Shown here piece after piece: positions 10,419 through 20,336 of a stretch of 64,000 nucleotides of DNA. Below the pieces are notes generated by a model that made no database searches, was not told the DNA's origin, and saw only the letters and a list, made by a program, of their open reading frames with translations. The DNA comes from a virus, in IMG/VR virus record IMGVR_UViG_3300038309_000252, positions 32,001 through 96,000 of that record; one strand, given 5' to 3'. Numbering within the stretch: the first letter of the stretch is position 1; every line of letters begins with the position of its first letter. A program made the position numbers and the translations under genes.

Positions 10419-10943
10419 ATGGCAACAATTACTGGGTTTACTTCACAATTACTAGGTGGTGGTGCAAGACCAAACCAATTTAAGGTAGAATTAGCTTTTC
10501 CAACATCTGCACCAGATAATAATGCTGGTAAATCTGCAGAGTTTCTGTGTAAAGCAGCTTCACTACCTGGTTCTACAATTGGTGATATTGCAGTAGCGTA
10601 TCGTGGCAGAGAAATTCATTTAGCTGGTGAACGTACTTTTGAATCATGGAATATTACCATTATTAGTGATATTGATTTTCTACTACGTAATGCTTTTGAA
10701 AGATGGCATAATTCTATGGTGCAATATGCGGCAACAAATGGTACTCTAGAACCAAGGGATTATCTAGTAGATCTGTCAGTACATCAATTAGACAGAAATG
10801 ATACTATTCTAAAAAGCTATAAGTTCTTTGATGCTTATCCTTCTTCCATTGCATCAATCGATTTAGGATTTGATTCTAATGCTGCAATTGAAGAGTTTAC
10901 TGTAACTTTTGAATATAGTTATTTTACACCAACAGATATTTAA
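10419..10943 (+). CDS. g19: tail tube protein gp19
   Basis: Motifs GGGARPNQFKV, FLCKAASLPGS, AGERTFESW and IEEFTVTF. Confidence 0.97.
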   Translation: MATITGFTSQLLGGGARPNQFKVELAFPTSAPDNNAGKSAEFLCKAASLPGSTIGDIAVAYRGREIHLAGERTFESWNITIISDIDFLLRNAFERWHNSMVQYAATNGTLEPRDYLVDLSVHQLDRNDTILKSYKFFDAYPSSIASIDLGFDSNAAIEEFTVTFEYSYFTPTDI

Positions 10944-10960
10944 TCTAATAAAGGTACATA

Positions 10961-12499
10961 ATGAACTTATTTGGGTTTGAGATTAAGAGAAAGAAACCTG
11001 ATTTTATTGGGAAAGCTAACATTATATCTCCATCTATTGATGATGGATCGACTATTATTGATTCCGCTGCTGCATATTATGGATTAGTAGTTGATATAGA
11101 TGGTGTTATTAAAAATGAAAATGATTTAATACGTAGATATAGAGAATCAGCACAATATGTTGATTGTAATTCAGCAATAGAAGAAATTGTCAGTGAAGCT
11201 ATTATTGCTGATACATCTGAACATATTGTTTCTCTAATTACAGATTATATTACAGCATCAGCTAAAATCAAAAAGATGTTTGTGACAGAGTTTCAAAATA
11301 TAATTGACCTACTAAACTTTTCAGAAAAAGGTTATGACCTTTTTAGACAATGGTATATTGATGGAAGATTATTTTTCCAAATTATTATTGATGATGAAAA
11401 TCCAAAAGATGGTATTGTAGAACTACGTCAAATTGATCCCAGAAAAATAAGAAAGATTAAAAATATTAAAAAAGAAAAAACATCGGATGGATTAGATGTT
11501 ATTACAGATATTGAAGAATATTATCTGTATAATGATAAGGGAATTACTGAACAAACAACACAAGGTGCAAAGATATCTCCAGATTCAATTATCCATGTAA
11601 CATCTGGTTTATTTGATCCAAATACAAATATGGGTCTTAGTTATTTACATCAAGCTATTAAACCAGTAAATCAATTGAAAATGATGGAAGATGCTTTAAT
11701 CATTTATCGTATTAGTAGGGCACCAGAAAGAAGAATCTTTTATATTGATGTAGGAAACTTGCCTAAAGTACGTGCAGAACAATATGTCAACGATATTATG
11801 AATAAGTTCAGAAATAAAGTTGTTTATGATGCATCAACTGGAGAAATTAAAGATAATAGGCAGCATTTAAGCATTATGGAAGATTTCTGGATGCCAAGAC
11901 GTGAAGGTGGTAAAGGAACAGAAATTACAACATTAGAAGGTGGTCAGAATCTAGGGGAAATTGAAGATATTATTTATTTTCAGAAAAAGCTATATCATAC
12001 ATTGAATGTTCCTTTATCGAGACTTCTTCCAGAAACAACATTTTCATTAGGTCGTGCTGCTGAAATCACCAGAGAAGAATTAAAGTTTGCAAAGTTTATT
12101 GATAGACTTCGTAAAAAGTTTTCATCATTATTTTTACAAGCATTACGTGTCCAATTAATTATTAAAGGCATTATTAGTGCAGATGATTGGGAGTCTTTTT
12201 CAAATAAATTAAGAATAGATTATCAAAGAGATAACTATTATGCTGAATTAAAAGAAGCAGAAATATATACAAATAGATCAACATTAATGCAATCTTTAGA
12301 TATGTTTGCTGGCAAATATTATTCAATAGAATGGATTCGTCGTAATGTACTAAAACAAAGTACAGAAGAAATGAAACAGATTGATTTAGAAAATAAAGCA
12401 GCAGCTGATAAAGAAGCAGCTGCTTCATCAGAAGATTCTGCTGATGGTGAAGAAGGTGGAGATTCAGGTGGTGGTGGAGAATTTGACATTGAAATGTAG
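10961..12499 (+). CDS. g20: portal protein gp20
   Basis: Motifs YRISRAPERRIFYIDVGNLPK and EDFWMPRREGGKGTEITTL. Confidence 0.98.
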   Translation: MNLFGFEIKRKKPDFIGKANIISPSIDDGSTIIDSAAAYYGLVVDIDGVIKNENDLIRRYRESAQYVDCNSAIEEIVSEAIIADTSEHIVSLITDYITASAKIKKMFVTEFQNIIDLLNFSEKGYDLFRQWYIDGRLFFQIIIDDENPKDGIVELRQIDPRKIRKIKNIKKEKTSDGLDVITDIEEYYLYNDKGITEQTTQGAKISPDSIIHVTSGLFDPNTNMGLSYLHQAIKPVNQLKMMEDALIIYRISRAPERRIFYIDVGNLPKVRAEQYVNDIMNKFRNKVVYDASTGEIKDNRQHLSIMEDFWMPRREGGKGTEITTLEGGQNLGEIEDIIYFQKKLYHTLNVPLSRLLPETTFSLGRAAEITREELKFAKFIDRLRKKFSSLFLQALRVQLIIKGIISADDWESFSNKLRIDYQRDNYYAELKEAEIYTNRSTLMQSLDMFAGKYYSIEWIRRNVLKQSTEEMKQIDLENKAAADKEAAASSEDSADGEEGGDSGGGGEFDIEM

Positions 12500-12520
12500 T
12501 TTAGTTTAGGGGTTAAGTAA

Positions 12521-12685
12521 ATGAGTAGTAAAGATTTATTAGAGTTAATTGAAAATAATGATGAAAATGATATTGAAAAAATGTTTAATAAAGAATTTAG
12601 TAATAAGATTATGGAACGTTTACAAGTATATCGTGAACAAATTGCTAAAAAACTTTTTGAGCAGATCATCAATCAAGACAAATAG
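12521..12685 (+). CDS. small prohead core protein (gp67-like), 54 aa
   Basis: Read by eye: MSSKDLLELIENNDE...REQIAKKLF. It lies directly after g20, the position of g67 in T4-like phages. Confidence 0.65.
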   Translation: MSSKDLLELIENNDENDIEKMFNKEFSNKIMERLQVYREQIAKKLFEQIINQDK

Positions 12686-12697
12686 ACAATTAAGTTC

Positions 12698-13264
12698 ATG
12701 ATTACATTTAATGAATTGTACCAAAAATTGATATCAGATCAATATGATTCTGATATCAATGTAATTGCTTACGACAAATATAATGATCATTATCTTATTG
12801 AAACTGATCAAAAACAAGTGTATATTGATCAACAATTGACACATTTTACAAGTATAAATGAAGCTAAGAATTATTTAAAATCATTGAATGGATTGCTTGA
12901 TTTAAAAGATTCAATTTCAGAGCAAAATTACAAAAATATCCCAGATTATAAAGTAATAGATGTAATTAAAAAATATTCAAAAACACCAATCAATAATACG
13001 CTATTAGAAGCATATAATGCTCGTGTATTAAGCAAAGAGTTTACAAATAATAAAATTGTTAATGAATTAAGATCAATGACAAATGTTCATTTATCATCAG
13101 GAATCAAAGACTTTTATCTTAAAGATGGTTCTCATGTTGCCATTCATGAAAATACATTTGCTAAGTTAGAAGAATTATTTGAATACCCAGAAATTATTGA
13201 ATATATGGTAGAAAACAAAGAACAATTTACAGATGTAATACGTCAATTAATGACAGAAGGATAA
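12698..13264 (+). CDS. hypothetical head-cluster protein (gp68 position)
   Basis: Located between g67-like and g21. Confidence 0.55.
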   Translation: MITFNELYQKLISDQYDSDINVIAYDKYNDHYLIETDQKQVYIDQQLTHFTSINEAKNYLKSLNGLLDLKDSISEQNYKNIPDYKVIDVIKKYSKTPINNTLLEAYNARVLSKEFTNNKIVNELRSMTNVHLSSGIKDFYLKDGSHVAIHENTFAKLEELFEYPEIIEYMVENKEQFTDVIRQLMTEG

Positions 13265-13270
13265 ACCATC

Positions 13271-13702
13271 ATGGCAGTTACAACCACTATTCTTAGAAAT
13301 TCATTAAAAGAAGTTTTTGTCAAATTTTCTGGTGATGGTGAATCAGATCCATTAGACATTTCAGCACATTTATTAACACCAAAAGAAAAATTAGATCCAA
13401 ATAATCCTGTGATAGTAAATATTGTTAATATTGTATGGGCAGGTCGACCAGCAAATTATGTTGAAGTTGTACGAGATGGTAATATTATTATAACATTAAC
13501 AACTGATGGTCCAGCAGTATTACCTTTTGGTTCTGCCAATGATATGTACCCAGAAAGTTCTTTCAATGATAAAAATATAACTGTTATTCATACCGGTATT
13601 TGCCAATGTTGGTTAACACTTCATAAAGTAAGTGGGTTCGTTGCTACTGTTGAAACAGCTCAATTTGGAGTATATGATGATCCTACCCAAGCAGGACAGT
13701 AA
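13271..13702 (+). CDS. hypothetical virion protein
   Basis: In the head gene cluster, directly upstream of g21. Confidence 0.55.
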   Translation: MAVTTTILRNSLKEVFVKFSGDGESDPLDISAHLLTPKEKLDPNNPVIVNIVNIVWAGRPANYVEVVRDGNIIITLTTDGPAVLPFGSANDMYPESSFNDKNITVIHTGICQCWLTLHKVSGFVATVETAQFGVYDDPTQAGQ

Positions 13703-13704
13703 TC

Positions 13705-14349
13705 ATGAAATTAATTAAAGAATACGTAGAAAAAGTTCAATTAATTGTGGAAGGTACAACCAAAGATAAAGATTATTTCATAGAAGGAATATTTCTTCAA
13801 TCTGATTTGAAAAATCGTAATGGTAGAGTATACCCAAGCAATATTCTTGATAAAGAAGTAGATCGATATACAAAAGAATATATTGACAAGAATAGAGCAT
13901 ATGGTGAGTTAGGTCATCCTGATAATCCATCTATTAATCTTGATAGAGTATCACATATGATCAAAAGTTTAACAAAAGAAGGAAAGAATTATATTGGTAA
14001 AGCTAAGATTATTGATACACCACATGGAAAAATTGTAAAGTCATTAATCAATGAAGGTGCTGCTCTTGGTGTTTCTTCAAGGGGATTGGGTTCTTTAGTT
14101 GTTAAAGATGGCGTAAATATCGTGCAAGATGATTTTATGCTTGCAACAGCAGCAGATATTGTAGCTGACCCATCAGCACCAGATGCCTTTGTAGAAGGAA
14201 TTATGGAAAGTGCAGAATGGGCATTTAATGCTTCAACAAAATCTTGGCAAACAGCAGAAATTATTCAATCAAAACTTAAAAAAATGTCATTAACTGAAAT
14301 TGAACAACGTAAATTAGAATTATTTAAACAATTCTTAAAAGAACTTTGA
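13705..14349 (+). CDS. g21: prohead protease gp21
   Basis: Motifs NRNGRVYP, GELGHP, GVSSRGLGS and DIVADPSAPDA. Confidence 0.98.
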   Translation: MKLIKEYVEKVQLIVEGTTKDKDYFIEGIFLQSDLKNRNGRVYPSNILDKEVDRYTKEYIDKNRAYGELGHPDNPSINLDRVSHMIKSLTKEGKNYIGKAKIIDTPHGKIVKSLINEGAALGVSSRGLGSLVVKDGVNIVQDDFMLATAADIVADPSAPDAFVEGIMESAEWAFNASTKSWQTAEIIQSKLKKMSLTEIEQRKLELFKQFLKEL

Positions 14350-14360
14350 ATAATAATAAT

Positions 14361-14369
14361 TACTAAATA
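14361..14369 (+). promoter_or_regulatory. late promoter
   Basis: TACTAAATA 25 nt upstream of g22. Confidence 0.65.
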
Positions 14370-14393
14370 ATGAATAATTAGTTGGAGAAGTAA

Positions 14394-15107
14394 ATGTCTA
14401 ATTACAACCATTATGATAATTTTAAAGAATTAGATTCTGAAGAATTATCAGAAGAATTCAAAGAACAAACATCAATTCTATTTGAAGAAGCTGTTACAGA
14501 GCGTGTAAACTTTGAATCTAAAAAATTAAATGAAAAGTTTGATACATATTTAGAATTAATGAAAGAAGGTTTAATTGAAAAAATTGATGGGTATCTTAGC
14601 TATCTTGCTGAGAAGTGGTTTGAAAAAAATGAATTGTCCTTAGAGCAAAATGTTACTAAAGATGTTTTTGAACAATTTACTAATGGAATGAGGTCTTTAG
14701 AAGGCACAGATGATCATAAAACATCGCAACATTATGAAATGGTGGATAAGCTTGATAATCAAGTAACTAAGTTATCTGAAAAGCTAGCTCTACAACTTAG
14801 TGAAAACGTAAAACTTCGTAAAAAGTTATTTGATTATAAGAAGACAGAAATTGTTAATGAATATGCAGAGGATTTATCTTTGAATGACAAAGAAAAGTTC
14901 CATGCTCTAGTTGAAGATTTATCATTTAAAAATATTGAACAGTTTGAAGAAAAAGTTCAATCTGTACGTGAAAATTATTTTAACAACCACAAACCCAAAA
15001 AGCATATCAGATCTGTTGTAACAGATATTCCAATTACTGTTATTGAGGATACTCAAATTCCATCAAACATTAAAGGTTATCTAACAGTTCTTGATAGTAT
15101 GAAATAA
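14394..15107 (+). CDS. g22: prohead scaffold gp22
   Basis: Motifs ELSEEFKEQTSILFEEAV and KIDGYLSYLAEKW; acidic coiled coil between g21 and g23. Confidence 0.92.
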   Translation: MSNYNHYDNFKELDSEELSEEFKEQTSILFEEAVTERVNFESKKLNEKFDTYLELMKEGLIEKIDGYLSYLAEKWFEKNELSLEQNVTKDVFEQFTNGMRSLEGTDDHKTSQHYEMVDKLDNQVTKLSEKLALQLSENVKLRKKLFDYKKTEIVNEYAEDLSLNDKEKFHALVEDLSFKNIEQFEEKVQSVRENYFNNHKPKKHIRSVVTDIPITVIEDTQIPSNIKGYLTVLDSMK

Positions 15108-15120
15108 AGGAAAAAATTAA

Positions 15121-16467
15121 ATGAACTATAATCGTAAAATGCTCTTAGAAAAGTGGGAACCTGTATTAAGTCACAGGTCTTGCGATCCAATTAAAGATAA
15201 TTATCGTCGAGAAGTAACTGCTATTCTTCTTGAGAACCAAGAACGTGAAATTCGTAAGTCTGCCATGGAAATGGCACATCCTCTTAATTCTTCAGTAACT
15301 TTAAATGAAGATGCTCCTGCTAACTCTGGTGGACTTGGTGTCGCTATGGGTGGTGCTGGTTCTGCTACCGGAACAGTAGCTGGTTATGATCCTGTTCTAA
15401 TTAGTCTTGTACGTCGCGCAATGCCACAACTAATTGCCTATGATGTGTGTGGTGTACAACCTATGACACAACCAACTGGTTTAATCTTCGCTATGAAGTC
15501 TCGCTATACTAGTCAAAATGGGGTAGAAGCTCTTTATAATGAAGCTAACACAGGTTTCAGTGGTACTGGTACCCATTCAGGTTCTAACTGGACTTCTGGC
15601 ACAGATACAACTGGCACTGGAATGACCACAGAAGCTGGAGAACGTCTAGGTCAAGGTGGTGTTGGTGACGGCAATTTCAACCAAATGGCATTCAGCATTG
15701 AAAAGACCTCTGTAGTTGCCAAGACTCGTGCTTTGAAAGCTGAATATAGTTTGGAACTAGCACAAGACCTTAAGGCAGTTCATGGTCTAGATGCAGAAGG
15801 TGAACTATCCAATATTCTATCTTCTGAAATCCTAGCTGAGATCAACCGTGAAGTTATTCGTACCGTATATATGACCGCTCGTCCTGGTGCTCAAGTAGGA
15901 ACTGCAGCTTCTGGAACGTTTGACCTAGATATCGATTCAAATGGACGCTGGTCTGTTGAAAAGTTTAAGGGTCTTCTATTCCAACTAGAGCGTGAAGCTA
16001 ACGCAATTGCCCAAATGACACGTCGTGGACGAGGAAACTTTGTAATTTGTTCATCTGACGTGGCATCAGCATTTGCCATGGCAGGTGTACTTGATTACGC
16101 TCCTGCATTGTCAACTGGTCTAAATGTAGATGAAGCATCAACTACATTTGCTGGTGTTCTGAATGGTAAGTTCAAAGTATATGTTGATCCATATGCTGCT
16201 AACCAATCATCTGTACAATACTTTGTTGTAGGTTATAAAGGAACCTCAGCATTTGACGCTGGTATCTTCTATTGCCCATATGTTCCATTACAAATGGTAC
16301 GTGCTGTTGATCCAAATAGTTTTCAACCCAAAATTGGTTTCAAAACAAGGTATGGTATCGTAGCAAACCCATTCGTAGATTTAGATGATGGTTCTGCAAA
16401 CACTGGTGACATTGTTGCAGATAAGAACTACTACTACCGTAAAGTAAGAGTAACTAACCTAATCTAA
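15121..16467 (+). CDS. g23: major capsid protein gp23
   Basis: Motifs DPVLISLVRRAMP, GVQPMTQPTGLIFAM, ELAQDLKAVHGLDAE and FQPKIGFKTRYG. Confidence 0.99.
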   Translation: MNYNRKMLLEKWEPVLSHRSCDPIKDNYRREVTAILLENQEREIRKSAMEMAHPLNSSVTLNEDAPANSGGLGVAMGGAGSATGTVAGYDPVLISLVRRAMPQLIAYDVCGVQPMTQPTGLIFAMKSRYTSQNGVEALYNEANTGFSGTGTHSGSNWTSGTDTTGTGMTTEAGERLGQGGVGDGNFNQMAFSIEKTSVVAKTRALKAEYSLELAQDLKAVHGLDAEGELSNILSSEILAEINREVIRTVYMTARPGAQVGTAASGTFDLDIDSNGRWSVEKFKGLLFQLEREANAIAQMTRRGRGNFVICSSDVASAFAMAGVLDYAPALSTGLNVDEASTTFAGVLNGKFKVYVDPYAANQSSVQYFVVGYKGTSAFDAGIFYCPYVPLQMVRAVDPNSFQPKIGFKTRYGIVANPFVDLDDGSANTGDIVADKNYYYRKVRVTNLI

Positions 16468-16496
16468 TTGACATCCTCTAAAAAATAGATTATAAT
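16468..16496 (+). promoter_or_regulatory. sigma70 promoter upstream of the second Hef-like gene
   Basis: Perfect TTGACA-17bp-TATAAT immediately after the g23 stop. Confidence 0.8.
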
Positions 16497-16531
16497 AAGG
16501 ACTCCAGGAATAAATCTTGGAGTCCTTTTTT
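16497..16531 (+). terminator. rho-independent terminator of g23
   Basis: AAGGACTCCAGG-aataaat-CTTGGAGTCCTT followed by a T run. Confidence 0.85.
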
Positions 16532-16548
16532 GTTGGTTAATTGGCATC

Positions 16549-18003
16549 ATGAACAAAGAACAATTTCTAGACTGTTTGAAATTAAATGGCAAACTAGTAA
16601 CCAAAAGATGTACAGAAGCATACTTGGTTAAACATGATTTAATTCAATATTTGGATCAATTGATTGATCCTTCTTTTGGAACGATTAGCGACAGAATCAG
16701 ATTCTTGATTCATGGTGGTGGTTATTGTCTTGTTTGCGGTATCAGAACAAATGTTCATGTATCCGGCAAAGGGTTTGCCAAGTATTGTAATGCGCATTTC
16801 CATGAACCCAAAAAAGGAAAAAAAGCACACAATAGCATCGATGTCGACAAGACACAATTGTGGCAACTGTATGTGATCGAAAAGAAATCCTTGTCCGAAA
16901 TTGCCAAGATTTTGGGCAATGTCAGTAACGTTACATTAAGAAAGAAATTGATTGAACATGATATCCCACAAAGAACTCATTCAGAAAATCAAAGACTTCA
17001 TGTTAATCCAAAACCTAAAGGATTTGATTTCCCTAAAGAATGGTGGATTGAACAATACAAGACCAAAACATCAGAAACCATAGCAAACGAGCTAGGTTGT
17101 TCACCAGCATTAGTATTGCAAAGACTTTATGCTTTTGACATTCCAAGAATTACTTTTCTAAAAGACTCTATACCAGAACTTGTTATTCATGAAATCTTGA
17201 AGAAGAATAACGTTCCATTTCAAACTAGAGTTCGTGGTTTGCTGTCAAACAATCAAGAATTGGATGTTTTTATTCCGGATTGTAATCTAGCAATCGAAGT
17301 GAACGGTTTGTATTGGCATTCTGAACTAGCAGGCAAAGGACCAAAGTATCATTTGAACAAAACTATTCAATGTGATGCCAAAGGGATTCAATTGCTACAA
17401 TTCTGGGATTCCGAAATCAGGGATCATCCAGAAATCATTGAATCGATGATTTTGTCTAAGCTTAAGAAAACCAAAAGAATCTTTGCCCGAAAGACTGTTT
17501 TGACAGAAATCGATTACCAAACAGGAAAAACATTCTTTGAGCGTACGCATCTTCAAGGCAATGCAGCTGCACCATTGTTTCTTGGATTATTTTATGATAA
17601 TCAATTAGTTTGTTGTGCTTCATTTGCAAAACCTAGGTTTTCCAAGAATCATGATTGGGAATTGATCAGGTTTGCTTCAGAATTAAATGTTACTGTTATT
17701 GGAGGTTTATCAAAAATTATAAATAAAGTAACAGGAACAATTGTTTCTTATGCCAATCGCAGATGGTCTAAGGGCAATTGTTATTCTGCTTTAAGCATGA
17801 ATCTGATTGGTCAAACCAAACCAGGGTATTGGTATACTAAAGATTTCAAGCATCTTGAAAATCGCATGAAGTTTCAAAAACACCTCTTAGAAAAAACAAG
17901 TGTACATTTTGAACCAACTCTTTCTGAATCAGAAATCATGCAGAAATCAGGGTATTCAAAGGTTTGGGATTGCGGTAATCTAATTTTTCAAAAATTAAAA
18001 TAA
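16549..18003 (+). mobile_element. Hef-like free-standing homing endonuclease 2
   Basis: N-terminal CxxC, HTH repeats and ELDVFIP..AIEVNGLYWHS. The C-terminal domain is homologous to that of the 8924 gene. Confidence 0.8.
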
Positions 18004-18008
18004 GAACT

Positions 18009-19313
18009 ATGAACACATCAAATGATTTAATGGATTATTTGGACACCTTAAATGAAGGTGTATGTGAGTTTTCTGCAGATGGTACTATTTTTTTGTCAAA
18101 CCAGGCATTTCCAAAATTAATTGGTTACACTGTTAAAGAAGTAATGTCACCTATTTTTAATTGGAAACTTGTAACACATCCTGATGATGTTTTAAATGAT
18201 GAATTACAAATTAGAAAAGTACTTAAATACAATAATAATGTAAAATATGAAAAAAGATTCATTCATAGAAATGGGTCAATTGTTTATGTAACTACATCAT
18301 ACAAACAGTTAAAAATTCAACATGATCCTAATTGTATTCACATGGTAGCTGTTATTACTGACATTACTGTTCTTAAAAAGAAAGATGAACAATTGATATC
18401 CATGTACAATGAACAGCATGAAGTTTTAGAATCGATCAATGAAAGATTAAAATTATTAGCTAAAGGTGATATTAAATCACCAATTAGTAATTTTAATGGT
18501 AAATGGAAGTCTTTAAGTGATAATTTAACTAGTGTGATTAATACTTTTAGTAATCTAGCTAATACAGCTAAAGAAATGTCTTCCCATCTTAAAATTAGCT
18601 TATATGAATTAGAATCAGAAACAATAGAAATTAATAAAAAATCACAAGTACAAGCTAGCAGTACAGAAGAAATTTCTTCTTCTATGGAAGAACTTAATAC
18701 TTCATTTTCAGAGATAATAAATAAAATAGATGAAGGAAGTAAATTACTTAATTTAATATTAAAAAGAATTATAGAAGGATCTAAAGACCTAGTTAAATTA
18801 AATGACATTATGAGTACCATTAATAATTCTGGTGAATCAATCAATAATTTTGCGTCACTTATAAATGAAATATCAGTAAAGACAAATATTATTGCAATTA
18901 ATGCATTAATTGAAGCAGCACATTACGATTCACAGTCAAATGGGTTCACTGTTATTGCAAATGAAATTAGAAATTTGTCTAATTTAACAGCTTTAAATTC
19001 AAAGGAAATTAAAAAAAGTGTTGATGAAATTATAATGAATTTTGTTAATGGAATTAATTTATCAAATGAAGTACTAGAATTATTTAATAGAATAACCATA
19101 AAAACAGATACATGCAATAATATTTTTGATTTTATTAATCAAAGCATTAAGCAGCAAGAAAATAATACTGAATATGTTAATACCAGTCTTCAAGAAATAG
19201 CTAAAATAACTCAATTTAATAGTGTTCTTGTGGAAGAATTGAATAATACCATATCAATAATTAAAGAGAAATCAAATAAACTTGACGAATTGCTGCAATC
19301 TTTAAAAACTTAA
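18009..19313 (+). CDS. soluble PAS-domain methyl-accepting chemotaxis-like protein
   Basis: PAS motif LVTHPDD..YEKRFIHRNGSIVYV and MCP hairpin INEISVKTNIIAINALIEAA..GFTVIANEIRNLS; no TM segment. Confidence 0.85.
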   Translation: MNTSNDLMDYLDTLNEGVCEFSADGTIFLSNQAFPKLIGYTVKEVMSPIFNWKLVTHPDDVLNDELQIRKVLKYNNNVKYEKRFIHRNGSIVYVTTSYKQLKIQHDPNCIHMVAVITDITVLKKKDEQLISMYNEQHEVLESINERLKLLAKGDIKSPISNFNGKWKSLSDNLTSVINTFSNLANTAKEMSSHLKISLYELESETIEINKKSQVQASSTEEISSSMEELNTSFSEIINKIDEGSKLLNLILKRIIEGSKDLVKLNDIMSTINNSGESINNFASLINEISVKTNIIAINALIEAAHYDSQSNGFTVIANEIRNLSNLTALNSKEIKKSVDEIIMNFVNGINLSNEVLELFNRITIKTDTCNNIFDFINQSIKQQENNTEYVNTSLQEIAKITQFNSVLVEELNNTISIIKEKSNKLDELLQSLKT

Positions 19314-19335
19314 TTATTAAAGGTGAAAATACATC

Positions 19336-19689
19336 ATGCACAAAGTGTTAGGAAATCATCTCATTATTGAATATTATGATTGTGATTATGCTGTTCTTAA
19401 TGATGTGAATGCTATAGAATCTATTATGCTGGAAGCAGCTAATTTAGCTAAAGCTACAATAATTGATTCAGTCTTTCACAAGTTTTCACCACAAGGTGTT
19501 TCTGGTGTTGTTGTTATTGCAGAAAGTCACCTTTCAATCCATACCTTTCCTGAACTTAATTATGCTGCTGTTGATGTTTTCACGTGTGGAAACATTGATT
19601 ACATGATTGCTCATAATTATTTAAAACTAAAATTACAATGCAACAATTGTAATGTGAAAGTAATTAAAAGAGGAATCATTAATGATTGA
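19336..19689 (+). CDS. speD: S-adenosylmethionine decarboxylase proenzyme
   Basis: Motif HKFSPQGVSGVVVIAE|SHLSIHTFPE..AAVDVFTCG. Confidence 0.95.
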   Translation: MHKVLGNHLIIEYYDCDYAVLNDVNAIESIMLEAANLAKATIIDSVFHKFSPQGVSGVVVIAESHLSIHTFPELNYAAVDVFTCGNIDYMIAHNYLKLKLQCNNCNVKVIKRGIIND

Positions 19690-20326
19690 TAAAAATATGA
19701 AATTAATTCAAAACAATCAAAAACAAATTGATCTTTTAGAAGAAAAAGCTAAGCTGATCTATAATAAAGTTAACACTGGCAAATTAAATAAGTTCATCAT
19801 TGATGATGTTATTAATATTATTGATGGTCCAGGTATTGGAAGAAATCAGCATAAATCATCTGGAATTAGATTAGTAAATGTAAGGTTATTTCATAATGAT
19901 GAGTTTAATTTTAATACAAGTAATTTTATTGATCAGTTAGAAGTTGAAAAGAAATATAAAAAATATCTTCTAAAAGAAAATGATTTACTTGTAGTATCAG
20001 GAACAATGTCTTTTGGTAAACATATTACAATTAGACATATTCATTTACCATTACTTCTTAATAGCTATATCTATAATTTCACTCCAAAAGAACCATTAAA
20101 TACATGGTATCTTAAAGCATATATTACCCATGGTGGTTTCAAAGAAAAGTTAAAGTCTGTAACATCAGGTTCAATTGTTATTGGATCAAATAAAAATAAT
20201 ATTAAATTATTAAATATAGGGTTACCTAATATAAATACTTTATGTGATATAGAAGAACAGTTTTCTGAAATATACAACAAGAAAAAGTTATTATTAGATG
20301 AAAATTATTGCTTGAGAAATAATTAG
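19682..20326 (+). CDS. half-size type I R-M specificity (HsdS-like) subunit 1, single TRD
   Basis: Conserved-region helix IQNNQKQIDLLEEKAK, TRD motifs (LLKENDLLV, SGS..NIKLLNIGLP) and adjacency to hsdM. Confidence 0.75.
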   Translation: MIDKNMKLIQNNQKQIDLLEEKAKLIYNKVNTGKLNKFIIDDVINIIDGPGIGRNQHKSSGIRLVNVRLFHNDEFNFNTSNFIDQLEVEKKYKKYLLKENDLLVVSGTMSFGKHITIRHIHLPLLLNSYIYNFTPKEPLNTWYLKAYITHGGFKEKLKSVTSGSIVIGSNKNNIKLLNIGLPNINTLCDIEEQFSEIYNKKKLLLDENYCLRNN

Positions 20327-20336
20327 GAAATTAATC

